Assembly: GCA_965204745.1 (NCBI GenBank)
Contig: OZ242010.1
Coordinates: forward strand, 4,992,001 to 5,056,000
DNA length: 64,000 bases
Source: Candidatus Latescibacterota bacterium
Lineage (GTDB): Bacteria; Latescibacterota; UBA2968
Direction of reading: 5' to 3'
How positions within the stretch are numbered: the stretch's first letter is position 1; the number at the start of each line of letters is the position of its first letter. A program made the position numbers and the translations under genes. Positions 49,635 through 59,811 of this stretch are shown piece by piece. A model generated the notes under the pieces. That model did no database searches and was not told the DNA's origin. It saw nothing but the letters and a program-made list of their open reading frames with translations.

Positions 49635-50855
49635 TCACGGCGCGGCCACGTCGCGTTTCCACGCCTTGAGGGCGCGGCACATGGCCCGCGTGCGGTCCGG
49701 GTGTTGCGATGCGATGTCCTCGCTTTCCGAGAGGTCTTGCGAGAGATCGAACAGGCGCGGCGCGTCCTTGTCGATCACCAGTTTGTACGCGTCGTCTCGC
49801 ATGGCCAGGCCATTCCAGAACAAGTGCCGGGAACGCGGCTCATCCCCGCCCATGAGCAGCGCGTTGAGGTCGATGCCGTCAAAGTGACCCTCGGGCGCGG
49901 AAACGCCGGCCAGGTCGCACATGGTGGGGAAGAGGTCCAAACTGATGGCGAGTTGGTCCGTCACGCGATTGGCCGCGATAGTGCCGGGCCACCAAGCAAG
50001 GGCCGGCACGCGATGCCCGCCTTCCCAAACCGTGCCCTTGTGCCCGCGCAAAGGCGCGTTGGACATGGGGTTTTGGCGCGTGCCCCCATTGTCAGAAAAA
50101 AAGAAGACCAACGTGTTTTCCGCAATGCCCGCGTCTCGAACCGCGCCCATGATTTCGCCCAAGCTGTCGTCCATCGCCTTCATCATTTCGCAATACGTGC
50201 CCGCGGGATCGTCCGGATGGAAGTCTTCCTTTTTCGGCCCGCGAATCGCGGGGTCATCCGGCCCTTGCAACGGGGTGTGTACGGCTTCGTGGGCCACGTA
50301 CAGGCAAAAGGGCACATCCTTGTGGTCCTCGATGAATTGCACCGAATGTTGCGTGATGAGATGCGTGGTATAGCCCTCTTCCTCGACGTGTTCGAGGCCC
50401 TCCCACCAGTCATAGACTTCCATGCGGTCGTAGTGCGAGATGTAGTCGATATTGCCGCTGACGTACCCGCGAAACCGATCAAACCCGTGGTGCATGGGAT
50501 TGAATTTTTTGTCGTAACCCAAGTGCCACTTGCCAAAGATCGCGGACGTATAACCGGCTTCCCCGAGCAGTTTGGGAAAGGTGAGTTCGGTGGGATGCAA
50601 CCCCAAGTAATGATCCGCGTGCTTCGGATCGGCGTTGATCACATTGGGCACGCCTGCGCGCTGTTGATAGCGGCCAGTGAGCAACCCGGCGCGCGTGGGA
50701 CTACACACCACACCGCTGGCGTGAAAATCCGTAAATTTGAGGCCCTCGCGCGCCATGCGTTCCATTGCGGGCGTGTGGATCCAGCCGCCGTACGCGCTGG
50801 AATCGCCATAGCCCATGTCGTCTGCCAAGACGATGATGATGTTGGGTTTGTCCAT
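49635..50855 (-). CDS. Sulfatase (Cys-type)
   Basis: PNII..LADDMG, CSPTRAGLLTG, GKWHLG, SDNG and WEGG.RVP. Confidence 0.95.
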   Translation of the reverse strand: MDKPNIIIVLADDMGYGDSSAYGGWIHTPAMERMAREGLKFTDFHASGVVCSPTRAGLLTGRYQQRAGVPNVINADPKHADHYLGLHPTELTFPKLLGEAGYTSAIFGKWHLGYDKKFNPMHHGFDRFRGYVSGNIDYISHYDRMEVYDWWEGLEHVEEEGYTTHLITQHSVQFIEDHKDVPFCLYVAHEAVHTPLQGPDDPAIRGPKKEDFHPDDPAGTYCEMMKAMDDSLGEIMGAVRDAGIAENTLVFFFSDNGGTRQNPMSNAPLRGHKGTVWEGGHRVPALAWWPGTIAANRVTDQLAISLDLFPTMCDLAGVSAPEGHFDGIDLNALLMGGDEPRSRHLFWNGLAMRDDAYKLVIDKDAPRLFDLSQDLSESEDIASQHPDRTRAMCRALKAWKRDVAAP

Positions 50856-50866
50856 TGCCCCATCCT

Positions 50867-51667
50867 TTAATTGGCGTCACTCGTTCTAAAGCCCGACACG
50901 ATGGTGCTGTTGTTGCGCTCCAAAATATTGGCGGGATCGATGCGATAGGGGTCGTCTGTTGCGCGGCCTACGGGTCGCATCTTTGTGCTGTGGTAGCCAA
51001 AGCGCACGGATTTTCGCCACTGGTCGGTGCGGTTGCAATCGGACCAGTGAATGGCCTGATAGCTAAAGAAGATGACGTCTCCTGCTTTTGCCGGCACCAA
51101 GACGGAATCGATGTGATCCGGATGGTAGTCCGCAGGCGGCAGATGCGGAGACGTGTCCGGGCCTAAGACGTGGACGAGCGGGCCGGTTTTGTGGCTGCCG
51201 GGCACCACGCGCAAGCACCCGCTCTCGACTGGCGTGTCGTCGAGATGGAGCAGGCAATCGACGAAATCCGGGCCGTCGTGCGGGTAAAACGGATAGTCCT
51301 GATGCATGGGAAACGGCGTGCCGAGTTCGGGCGGTTTGGCGTGGAGCACAGTGTGATGCCACTGCACCGTGTCGCGGATGAGGTCTTCAACGCACCCCAC
51401 CAACCGGTCGTGAAAGATGACGCGCCCCCAGGTCGCGGAATAAAACTGCGGATTGTGCATGAAAACCGCTTTGGTGTTGAGGCGTTCGTCTTCGGGCAAG
51501 TACCGATCCCGCCAGGGGCCTCGCCAGCCAATGGTCTCATTGCCCCAGTTTTCGATGATGCGAACCATTTCCGAGCCGAGCTCGGCGGTTTCATCCGGGG
51601 TAAAGAGGGCCTCGCATTTGAGGTACCCGTTTTCATGGTAAAAGTCGATTTGTTCTCGCGTCAGCAT
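50867..51667 (-). CDS. Phytanoyl-CoA dioxygenase (PhyH) family protein
   Basis: HQD, GCL.VVPGSH, AGD..F....IH.S..N and R motifs. Confidence 0.9.
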   Translation of the reverse strand: MLTREQIDFYHENGYLKCEALFTPDETAELGSEMVRIIENWGNETIGWRGPWRDRYLPEDERLNTKAVFMHNPQFYSATWGRVIFHDRLVGCVEDLIRDTVQWHHTVLHAKPPELGTPFPMHQDYPFYPHDGPDFVDCLLHLDDTPVESGCLRVVPGSHKTGPLVHVLGPDTSPHLPPADYHPDHIDSVLVPAKAGDVIFFSYQAIHWSDCNRTDQWRKSVRFGYHSTKMRPVGRATDDPYRIDPANILERNNSTIVSGFRTSDAN

Positions 51668-52098
51668 GATGATATCCTCCGAGAGTGCTATCCCGTCCCT
51701 GCCCTTCAACCGCCCAAGTGCGATCCCCGCCGCGCCCCACCGCTCCGTGTGCGTGCCCGTCCCTGCCCTTCAACCGCCCGTGCGTTCCCCGCCACTGCCC
51801 CACCGCCCCAAGTGCGATCCCATCTCTACCCTTCCCAACCGCGTGCGTTCCCCCATTCCTCCGCTCCGCCGTGTGCGTTTCCATTTCTGTCCTTATCCAA
51901 GCGCGCTATACGCTACATACTTCCCTCTCCTCTCTTGTATCTTCGGGCGAGCACGGGGGCATCGCCCCTACACACTGCTCACCTTTTGTGTTTTGAACTG
52001 GCTGTCGCCAGTTGTACCCCGCTCGTGCTTTTTGTGGCTGAACTTGCCTCTCACCTCTTGCCTCTCACCTCTCGCCTCTCACCTCCTTCCTAATGCCC

Positions 52099-53343
52099 TC
52101 ATCGCGCAGGCACTTGAATGGACGCATTTGGAAAGACAGCGACTCGGGCATTGGCGGGCAATTTTTCGATCAGTTGATCGAGAAGCGCGTTCCAGTCGCG
52201 GAAGAGAACGCCATCGGGATTGCGTTTGTAAAAATCGTCAACCGGAAAGTGTTCGGACCACATCAGGGTTTGGTGTGGCCCCTCGATCTTTGGCTCGGGG
52301 AGTTCGCGTTGTGGCTGTGTGGCTCTCAGTTTGCAAAATTGCGCGTAGTCCATGTGGTCGAACAATCCGTGGTGGCAAATTCCATCCGTGGCCGGATTGA
52401 TGGCGACTTTGTACGCGTTTTTGAACCGCCGCATTGGCCAGAGTGCCTTGCCGGTTTGAATGGGATCGTAGTCGAGCGGATAGCAGTTGGCGATGACGAG
52501 ATCGGGCTCTGTTTCCGGCGCGTGCGTGCTGTACGTTTCCAATGCGAATCGGGCGCCTGCGCGTTGCGCTTGGATGAAATCCCCGACAAAAACGCCGCTG
52601 ATCTCGCGTTTGCGATTGAGCGTCACATTGACCACCGCATCGAGACCGAGCACGGTTGCAACCGCTTCGGCGGCGTCCCGATTGTCGGGTTCATCGCCTC
52701 GTCGCTCGATGATGGCGTGCCCGCGGCCTTTGTAAAAGGTGTGAAAATAGAACATGGTGGCAAAGCCGGAAACCCCCGGCAAGATGAGCTTGGCACCGCC
52801 GCCAAAGCCCACGGCGCCGTGGGGATACAGGCCGCCAACGCAGAGTTTGACCTCCGCGTCTGCGACGACTCGGTCAATGTAAATGGGCAGGCCGCTGTCC
52901 AAACTGCCCAAGGCGCGCAAGTCCCCGCTCATGAAGTTGTGACACGTCACGTCATACGCACGGGCGACATCGGCCCCCACCTTTTTGTCGATTTCGGCTC
53001 GCGTCAGTGGTCGGTGCGACCCGCCGCCAATGACAAAGCGAATCCGACCTTTGGGAATGCCCGCATCGTGGAGTTCTTTGAGGAGGTATGGGATGAGGTC
53101 CGCCGCCGGTGTGGGACGGCTGAGGTCATCGACCACAATCGCCGCGCTGTTTTTCCCATGCGCGAGTTCTGCAATGCGCGGCGAACCAATCGGGTTGTCA
53201 AACGCATCTCGAATCTGCGCCTCGGTCACGCGAGGGCATGCCACAGGGCCACACATCTCGACGCGCCACCCCTCGGGAAACGCGAGGGTCAGCGCGTCAT
53301 CCCCGGCCCATGCGCGCGTGTGTATCGTGGCGGTATTGCTCAT
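52099..53343 (-). CDS. Lactate racemase (LarA) domain protein
   Basis: PIGS, DD.SRPTP, GSHR and PH...GFGGGAK..LPG. Confidence 0.85.
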   Translation of the reverse strand: MSNTATIHTRAWAGDDALTLAFPEGWRVEMCGPVACPRVTEAQIRDAFDNPIGSPRIAELAHGKNSAAIVVDDLSRPTPAADLIPYLLKELHDAGIPKGRIRFVIGGGSHRPLTRAEIDKKVGADVARAYDVTCHNFMSGDLRALGSLDSGLPIYIDRVVADAEVKLCVGGLYPHGAVGFGGGAKLILPGVSGFATMFYFHTFYKGRGHAIIERRGDEPDNRDAAEAVATVLGLDAVVNVTLNRKREISGVFVGDFIQAQRAGARFALETYSTHAPETEPDLVIANCYPLDYDPIQTGKALWPMRRFKNAYKVAINPATDGICHHGLFDHMDYAQFCKLRATQPQRELPEPKIEGPHQTLMWSEHFPVDDFYKRNPDGVLFRDWNALLDQLIEKLPANARVAVFPNASIQVPAR

Positions 53344-53747
53344 AGCGATCTCCTTTTGGAGGGTGGTCAGTGGTCAACCTAAAAATTTTCAGCTTAGCCC
53401 GTTGGTATTTTACTAACGTCGTGTCTCGCGTGCAAGGAGAACATTTACTCGCGCTTGAACCTGACCGCGGCGAGCGGGGGAGGGTGAGTTGGAGGGCGTG
53501 CGGGTGGTTGGAGGGAGCGGCGGTAGGGCTGTGGGGGTAATCCGCGCAATCCCCTAATCCGCGACAATCCGCGATTCAGACACGGCAGGGTGGGGACGGG
53601 CACGCACGGGTGGCAGGGTGGCGAGGCGAGGCACGCACAGGCGGTGAGGCGGGCCGAGCACTAACGCAATTTCCCCTTTTGATACTCCCCGATGTATTGT
53701 ATCTTAACCCGTGAAATGTCGATGCCACCTTCTCATAGGAGAACGCA

Positions 53748-55067
53748 ATGTCCATGACTCGTCTCGTTTTTCTGCTTCTGTTCGCGGCCCCGGCCTGCGC
53801 GCATGAATATCAATATCACCGGGCCGTGGTCGATTCCATGCCCACGCAAATTCCCGACCGCATCGTCCTCAACTGGTCGGGCGATCCGGCCACCACCGCA
53901 TCGGTCACATGGCGCACGGGCACGCGCATCACACGGGCCGAAGGCGAAATCGCAGAAGCCGATGCGTCCGCCAATTTCGTCACATGGGCCAGGCGCGAAA
54001 AAGCGCGCACGGAAAAGTGGATGTACGAGGGCTATGCCGCGCATTTTCACTCGGTCACGTTCAAGAGCCTCAAGCCCAATACCCGCTATGCCTATCGCGT
54101 GGGCAGCGACAAAATTTGGAGTTCGTGGTATCAATTTCGCACGGCCTCGGCACAACCGGACTCGTTCACCTTCATCTACTTTGGCGACGCGCAAAACAAC
54201 TTGCTCGCGCTTTGGGCACGCACCATTCGCACCGCCGTGCTCGACGCGCCCGATGCGGATTTTATCCTCCACGCGGGCGACTTGGTCAACATTCCCAACA
54301 GGGACAGCGAATGGGCAGAATGGTTTGAATCCGGCGATTGGATCCACGCAAAAATCCCCAGCGTCCTCACGCCGGGGAATCACGAATACTACCGCACGGG
54401 AACCAAACGCCGACTTTCCGTGCTGTGGCGTCCGCATTTCACCCTGCCGGAAAACGGGCCAATAGACCTCTTGGAAACGACGTATTACACGGACTATCAG
54501 GGCGCGCGCATCATCTCGCTCAACTCCAACGAACGCATCGAAGAACAGGCCCAGTGGCTGGAACAGGCGCTGAAAGACAATCCCAACCCGTGGACCTTTG
54601 TCACCTTTCACCACCCGGTCTATTCCGCGTCTGCTGGCCGGGACAACAAAGACCTGCGCGAGGCGTGGAAACCCCTCTTCGACAAATACGCCGTGGACCT
54701 AGTGCTACAAGGTCACGACCACACGTATGCCCGCGGACACAACATCGGCAATGGCGTGACCGTGCGCGACTCCACCAAAGGCACGGTCTATGTGGTCTCG
54801 GTCAGCGGCCCCAAACAGTACAAACTCCGAAAAGACCGTTGGATGACCCGCGGCGCGGAAAACACGCAACTCTATCAGGTCATTTCCGTTTCGGGCAACA
54901 CCTTGCACTACCGCGCCATGACCGCAGTTGGCGACCTCTACGATGCGTTCGATTTGATCAAACAACCGGGCAAACCCAACAAACTCATCGAGCGGGGTCC
55001 CGGATCTCCAGAACGCCGATGGGAGAACACGCTCGAAAAGCGAGATGGGGATGATAAGGTTTATTGA
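53748..55067 (+). CDS. Purple-acid-phosphatase-like metallophosphoesterase with N-terminal FN3-like domain
   Basis: Signal peptide, GDAQ, GDLV, GNHE, FHHP and GHDH motifs. Confidence 0.9.
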   Translation: MSMTRLVFLLLFAAPACAHEYQYHRAVVDSMPTQIPDRIVLNWSGDPATTASVTWRTGTRITRAEGEIAEADASANFVTWARREKARTEKWMYEGYAAHFHSVTFKSLKPNTRYAYRVGSDKIWSSWYQFRTASAQPDSFTFIYFGDAQNNLLALWARTIRTAVLDAPDADFILHAGDLVNIPNRDSEWAEWFESGDWIHAKIPSVLTPGNHEYYRTGTKRRLSVLWRPHFTLPENGPIDLLETTYYTDYQGARIISLNSNERIEEQAQWLEQALKDNPNPWTFVTFHHPVYSASAGRDNKDLREAWKPLFDKYAVDLVLQGHDHTYARGHNIGNGVTVRDSTKGTVYVVSVSGPKQYKLRKDRWMTRGAENTQLYQVISVSGNTLHYRAMTAVGDLYDAFDLIKQPGKPNKLIERGPGSPERRWENTLEKRDGDDKVY

Positions 55068-55273
55068 AGGCAGTAGTTAGTCCACCCTGTCCCACCACCC
55101 TTCGGTAAGACGTGAGAGGCAAGACGGGATTTTAGCCACAAAAGGCACAAAAGGCACAAAAGGCACAAAAGGGGTACAACTGGCGATAGCCCGTTCAAAG
55201 GCGGACAGTGACGATGCCCCTCGCCCGAAGAGACAAGACGGGAGAAGGCAACTGCGCCATCTCGCTCAAGTGG

Positions 55274-56059
55274 TCAGGGGTCATCTGCGCCCGTCTGTGG
55301 ATTCAGATCGACAACCACCGGCGCGTGGTCGGATATGGTCATGCCACCTGCGCGGTCGATGTGTGCGGATCGCACGCGGGTTGTAGCGGCGGCATTGCCC
55401 AGCAGGTAGTCGATGCGCCAGCCCCGGTCCAATGCGCGGGCTTGTCCCCGGTTGGACCACCACGAATACGGCCCTTGCACGTCGCCGCAGTGTTCGCGGA
55501 TAAAATCGCGCCAGCCAGAGGCGATGAGGTCGCCCATCCACGCACGTTCATGGGGCAAAAAGCCCGAGTGCTTCTCATTGCTCTTGGCGTAAAAAATGTC
55601 GCGTTCCGTATGCGCGATGTTGAAATCGCCGCCCATGATGGTGGGGACATGTGCGACCAAGCCATCTGCCCAGGCGCGAAAGCGATCCATCCAGCGTTCT
55701 TTGATGCCTTGGCGGTGATCGCCCGATGATCCCGAGGGCAAGTACGCGCTGATGAATTGCATGCCCTGCGTGCTGACGCGCAAGACCCGGCCTTCGGGAT
55801 CCGAGCCACCCGCGCCGCGTTCTTCTTCTGCGATGGGCATACGCGACCACACCGCCGTGCCCGCATAGCCCTTGCGCTCGGCCGGATGCCAGATCACATG
55901 CCACCCTTCGGGGTTGCGATAGCACTTGGGCAGTTGCTCGGGCAAAACGCGAATCTCTTGCAAGAGCAACACATCCGGGTTTAACCCGGCGATATGCTCG
56001 AGAAACCCCTTGCGAAGCGCGGCCCGCAGGCCATTGACATTCCATGTGACAATTCGCAT
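55274..56059 (-). CDS. xth: Exodeoxyribonuclease III
   Basis: WNVNG.RA, LQE, KGY.G, GDFN.AH, YSWW, GWRIDY and SDHAP. Confidence 0.95.
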   Translation of the reverse strand: MRIVTWNVNGLRAALRKGFLEHIAGLNPDVLLLQEIRVLPEQLPKCYRNPEGWHVIWHPAERKGYAGTAVWSRMPIAEEERGAGGSDPEGRVLRVSTQGMQFISAYLPSGSSGDHRQGIKERWMDRFRAWADGLVAHVPTIMGGDFNIAHTERDIFYAKSNEKHSGFLPHERAWMGDLIASGWRDFIREHCGDVQGPYSWWSNRGQARALDRGWRIDYLLGNAAATTRVRSAHIDRAGGMTISDHAPVVVDLNPQTGADDP

Positions 56060-56061
56060 CG

Positions 56062-57816
56062 CTACGCCCCACTGTCGCCCACCGCCTCGCACGCCACCAT
56101 TTCCCAGCCGTGAAACACTATCGCCAAGCCGATGAACTGCACCGACGGGTACTGGCGCGCCAAGCGGTCATCCAAGAGATATTGCCGCAACTGTGTGGTC
56201 GCATCCCGAATCGCCGCCGAGACCTGAGTTGGGGATTCGCTCCGCTTGAGGTACTTGAGTTCGATCACGTATCCATAAGGTATATCGGGATACTGGGCGA
56301 TGAGCGGCTCGAGGCAGAGGTCCGCATAGCCCTTGTTGAGTTCGCGCTCGGTGTGAAACACAAAATGCGGGGCCACGGCCAGATAGGCCGCGAGGAATCC
56401 CTGAATCATTTTTTCGCCTTCGAGACAATCGCGCACGCTCGTCTGCGCGGCGATAGTGTCGCGCAAGAACGCGAGTACGGGCTTCCACGCGCCCTCGTAG
56501 GCCATTTCGACCGTGAGGTTGACGAAGGTCACTAGGTTGAGGGAAAACGTTCCCACATCCCGGTACGCGTCTCGCAAGTACCCGTACATCAGCCGCTTGA
56601 CCGTCTGGTTGGGGATGCCCAACCGAGGCACGCCGCGCGACACCTCCCGAATGCTGAGCAAGCCGAAGTAGTACAACAAGGAGAGAAAATTCTCGGGCTG
56701 ATCCAAGTGCTCTAAGGGAAAACTCATTGCGATATTGCTGGACGCGACGCCCTCGCCGATGATGTTTCGCAGCAAATCGAAGTTCCCATTGAGTTGCCGG
56801 TTGACCACCAATAAGTGGCGCAACTTGCCGTAGTCAATCCGGACATTGGTATCGATCAATTCGTCTGGCATGGGCTTGTTCGGCAGGGCGTGATCCAAAA
56901 AATAGAGCACCATATCCGTATTGTAGAGATCGCCCTCGGCACCCTTGGCGAACCGATAGCCATTGTACCACTCTCGCATGACCGCCAGCGCGGCGTCGAT
57001 GTCTTGATTGAACGCGCCGCATGCACGGTACATCTCCAGCAGATCTCGCACCTCCGGCTCGGTAAAGCCGAGCATCTCGTTAAACGCGAGGTCCAAACTG
57101 ATATTCTTGCCGATGTTGAACCCGCTGGTGACATCGTCCATCGTGATCGGCGACACGCCCGTGATGAACAGTCTCTCCAACCCGCCCCCGCTACGTCCTG
57201 TGCCGGCCTTGAGCGTGGCGAAGAAATTGCGGTAAAAGCCCCCGCCGTGCGTGAAGGATTGATACGCCTCGGCACCGCGATAGGCCAGCACGGTATTGGC
57301 GAAATTGTCGTATTCGTCAATGAGCGCGTACAACGGGATGCCGTGATCGCCGACATACGCGAACAGCGCAGAGAGCTTCCCGTTGATGGAGGCCGGCGCG
57401 AGGATGCGTTGGATCACCGCTTGGGGAAACAGATCGCGATTCCGTTCCAGCGCGTGGTAGAGTTCCAAGGTGCAATACTCTTCAAAGTTTTGTTCCAAGG
57501 TCTCCAACGCGTCGTTGAACGTCGAAAAGTCAAAGCGCAGAATGACGTAGCGGTGGCGGTTCTCCGTCGGATGTCGTCCAATATCTGTGCCGTCGAAGAT
57601 GGCCTCAAATTCATCGGCCCTAGTGCGGTCGTAATAGTTCTCCAACACGGACACCCAGCACGACTTGCCAAAGCGACGCGGCCGAATCAGAAAGGCATAG
57701 CGTTCCGCTTCCAACGCATGGAGAAAGCGCGTCTTGTCAACATAGAGTCGCTTTTCCAAGCGGATGGCTCTAAAATCCGCCCATCCGTAGGGAATGCGAG
57801 GATAGGATAGGGACAT
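56062..57816 (-). CDS. AAA-ATPase-like + PD-(D/E)XK nuclease protein, copy 1
   Basis: YVDKT, RPRRFGKS (Walker A), LIDEYD (Walker B), IPN and GYADL..ELKY. Confidence 0.9.
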   Translation of the reverse strand: MSLSYPRIPYGWADFRAIRLEKRLYVDKTRFLHALEAERYAFLIRPRRFGKSCWVSVLENYYDRTRADEFEAIFDGTDIGRHPTENRHRYVILRFDFSTFNDALETLEQNFEEYCTLELYHALERNRDLFPQAVIQRILAPASINGKLSALFAYVGDHGIPLYALIDEYDNFANTVLAYRGAEAYQSFTHGGGFYRNFFATLKAGTGRSGGGLERLFITGVSPITMDDVTSGFNIGKNISLDLAFNEMLGFTEPEVRDLLEMYRACGAFNQDIDAALAVMREWYNGYRFAKGAEGDLYNTDMVLYFLDHALPNKPMPDELIDTNVRIDYGKLRHLLVVNRQLNGNFDLLRNIIGEGVASSNIAMSFPLEHLDQPENFLSLLYYFGLLSIREVSRGVPRLGIPNQTVKRLMYGYLRDAYRDVGTFSLNLVTFVNLTVEMAYEGAWKPVLAFLRDTIAAQTSVRDCLEGEKMIQGFLAAYLAVAPHFVFHTERELNKGYADLCLEPLIAQYPDIPYGYVIELKYLKRSESPTQVSAAIRDATTQLRQYLLDDRLARQYPSVQFIGLAIVFHGWEMVACEAVGDSGA

Positions 57817-57933
57817 GGCGTCCTCCAAAATTTGCACAATATCCACAACGACCTTTGCTATGGGAATTCTGTGGACGAGGAGAAGGCAGGATACGGACAA
57901 CCTAAAATCAAATTGATATGACAATTCGCATCG

Positions 57934-59694
57934 CTACGCCCCACGGTCGTCCACCGCCTCGTACGCCACCATTTCCCAGCCGTGAAACACTATCGCCAAG
58001 CCGACGTGCCGCACTGAAGGGTAGCGACGTTGCAAGGACTGATCCGCCAAGTACCCGCGCAACTGATGCACGGCCTCCCGCATCTTTGCCGCAACTGTGG
58101 ATTCGCTCAGGGACTCGGATCGCTTCAGATACTTCAGTTCAAGAACATAGCCCCAACGCATATCGGGGTGGTGCGCGACGAACGGCTCCAAGTAGATATC
58201 CGCGTAACCTCGGTTCAGTTCGTGCTCCGAGTGGAGCAGAAAATACTGGTACAAACTGAAGTAAGCCGCGACAAACCCGTGAACCACCTTCTCGCCATCC
58301 ATGTAGTCGCGGATGCCGGTCTGCTCGGCCAAGGCGTCACTTAGGAAATCCAAGGCCGGTTGCCAAGCCCCTCGGAAGGCCATCTCGTGGATCAGGCGGG
58401 AAAACGCGTACGCGCTGACGGAAAACACCCCCACATCGTAGTACGCGTCTCGCAGGTAGCTATACATCAACCGCTTGACCGTCTGGTTGGGAATGCCCAG
58501 CCGGGGCGTCCCTTCCAACACATCCCGAATGCTGAGCAAGCCGAAGTAGTACAACAAGGAGAGAAAGTTCTCGGGCTGATCCAAGTGCTCTAAGGGAAAA
58601 CTCATTGCGATATTGCTGGACGCCACGCCCTCGCCGATGATGTTTCGCAACAAATCGAAGTTCCCATTGAGTTGCCGGTTGACCACCAATAAGTGGCGCA
58701 ACTTGCCGTAGTCAATCCGGACATTGGTATCGATCAATTCATCTGGCATGGGCTTGTTCGGCAGGGCGTGATCCAAAAAATAGAGCACCATATCCGTGTT
58801 GTAGAGATCGCCCTCGGCACCCTTGGCGAACCGATAGCCATTGTACCACTCCCGCATAACGGCCAGCGCGGCATCTATGTCTTGATTGAACGCGCCGCAC
58901 GCACGGTACATCTCCAGCAGATCTCGCACCTCCGGCTCGGTAAAGCCGAGCATCTCGTTAAACGCGAGGTCCAAACTGATATTCTTGCCGATGTTGAACC
59001 CGCTGGTGACATCGTCCATCGTGATCGGCGACACGCCCGTGATGAACAATCTCTCCAACCCGCCTCCGCTACGTCCTGTGCCGGCCTTGAGCGTGGCGAA
59101 GAAATTGCGGTAAAAGCCCCCGCCGTGCGTGAAGGATTGATACGCCTCGGCACCGCGATAGGCCAGCACAGTGTTGGCGAAATTGTCGTATTCGTCAATG
59201 AGCGCGTACAACGGAATGCCGTGATCGCCGACATACGTGAACAGCGCGGCGAGCTTGGTGTGAATGGAGGGTTGCGAGAGGATGCGCTGTCTAACTTTTT
59301 CCGGGAACAAATCCCGGTTGCGCTCCAAGGCAGCTCGAAGTTCCAAGTGACAATAGGCTTCAAATTCCCGCTCCAAGGTCTCCAACGCGTCGTTAAACGT
59401 CGAAAAGTCAAAGCGCAGAATGACATAGCGGTGGCGGTTCTCCGTCGGCTGTCGTCCAATGTCTGTGCCGTCGAAGATGGCCTCAAATTCATCGGCCCTT
59501 GTGCGGTCATAATAGTTCTCCAACACGGACACCCAGCACGACTTGCCGAAGCGACGCGGCCGAATCAGAAAGGCATAGCGTTCCGCTTCCAACGCATGGA
59601 GAAACCGGGTCTTGTCAACATAGAGTCGCTTTTCCAAGCGGATGGCTCTAAAATCCGCCCATCCGTAGGGAATGCGGGGATAGGATAGGGACAT
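57934..59694 (-). CDS. AAA-ATPase-like + PD-(D/E)XK nuclease protein, copy 2
   Basis: Same motifs; start codon 1878 bp from that of copy 1. Confidence 0.9.
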   Translation of the reverse strand: MSLSYPRIPYGWADFRAIRLEKRLYVDKTRFLHALEAERYAFLIRPRRFGKSCWVSVLENYYDRTRADEFEAIFDGTDIGRQPTENRHRYVILRFDFSTFNDALETLEREFEAYCHLELRAALERNRDLFPEKVRQRILSQPSIHTKLAALFTYVGDHGIPLYALIDEYDNFANTVLAYRGAEAYQSFTHGGGFYRNFFATLKAGTGRSGGGLERLFITGVSPITMDDVTSGFNIGKNISLDLAFNEMLGFTEPEVRDLLEMYRACGAFNQDIDAALAVMREWYNGYRFAKGAEGDLYNTDMVLYFLDHALPNKPMPDELIDTNVRIDYGKLRHLLVVNRQLNGNFDLLRNIIGEGVASSNIAMSFPLEHLDQPENFLSLLYYFGLLSIRDVLEGTPRLGIPNQTVKRLMYSYLRDAYYDVGVFSVSAYAFSRLIHEMAFRGAWQPALDFLSDALAEQTGIRDYMDGEKVVHGFVAAYFSLYQYFLLHSEHELNRGYADIYLEPFVAHHPDMRWGYVLELKYLKRSESLSESTVAAKMREAVHQLRGYLADQSLQRRYPSVRHVGLAIVFHGWEMVAYEAVDDRGA

Positions 59695-59811
59695 GGCGTC
59701 CTCCAAAATTTGCACAATATCCACAACGACCTTTGCTATGGGGATTCTGCGGACGAGGAGAAGGCAGGATACGGACAACCTAAAATCTAATTGGTATGAC
59801 AATTCGCATCG

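Noticed and set aside
57817-57924. N-terminal extensions (MSYQ.DFRLSV...) on AAA copies 1 and 2
   Set aside because: They derive from the junction linker; the shared ggagg-type RBS points to MSLSYP as the start in all three copies
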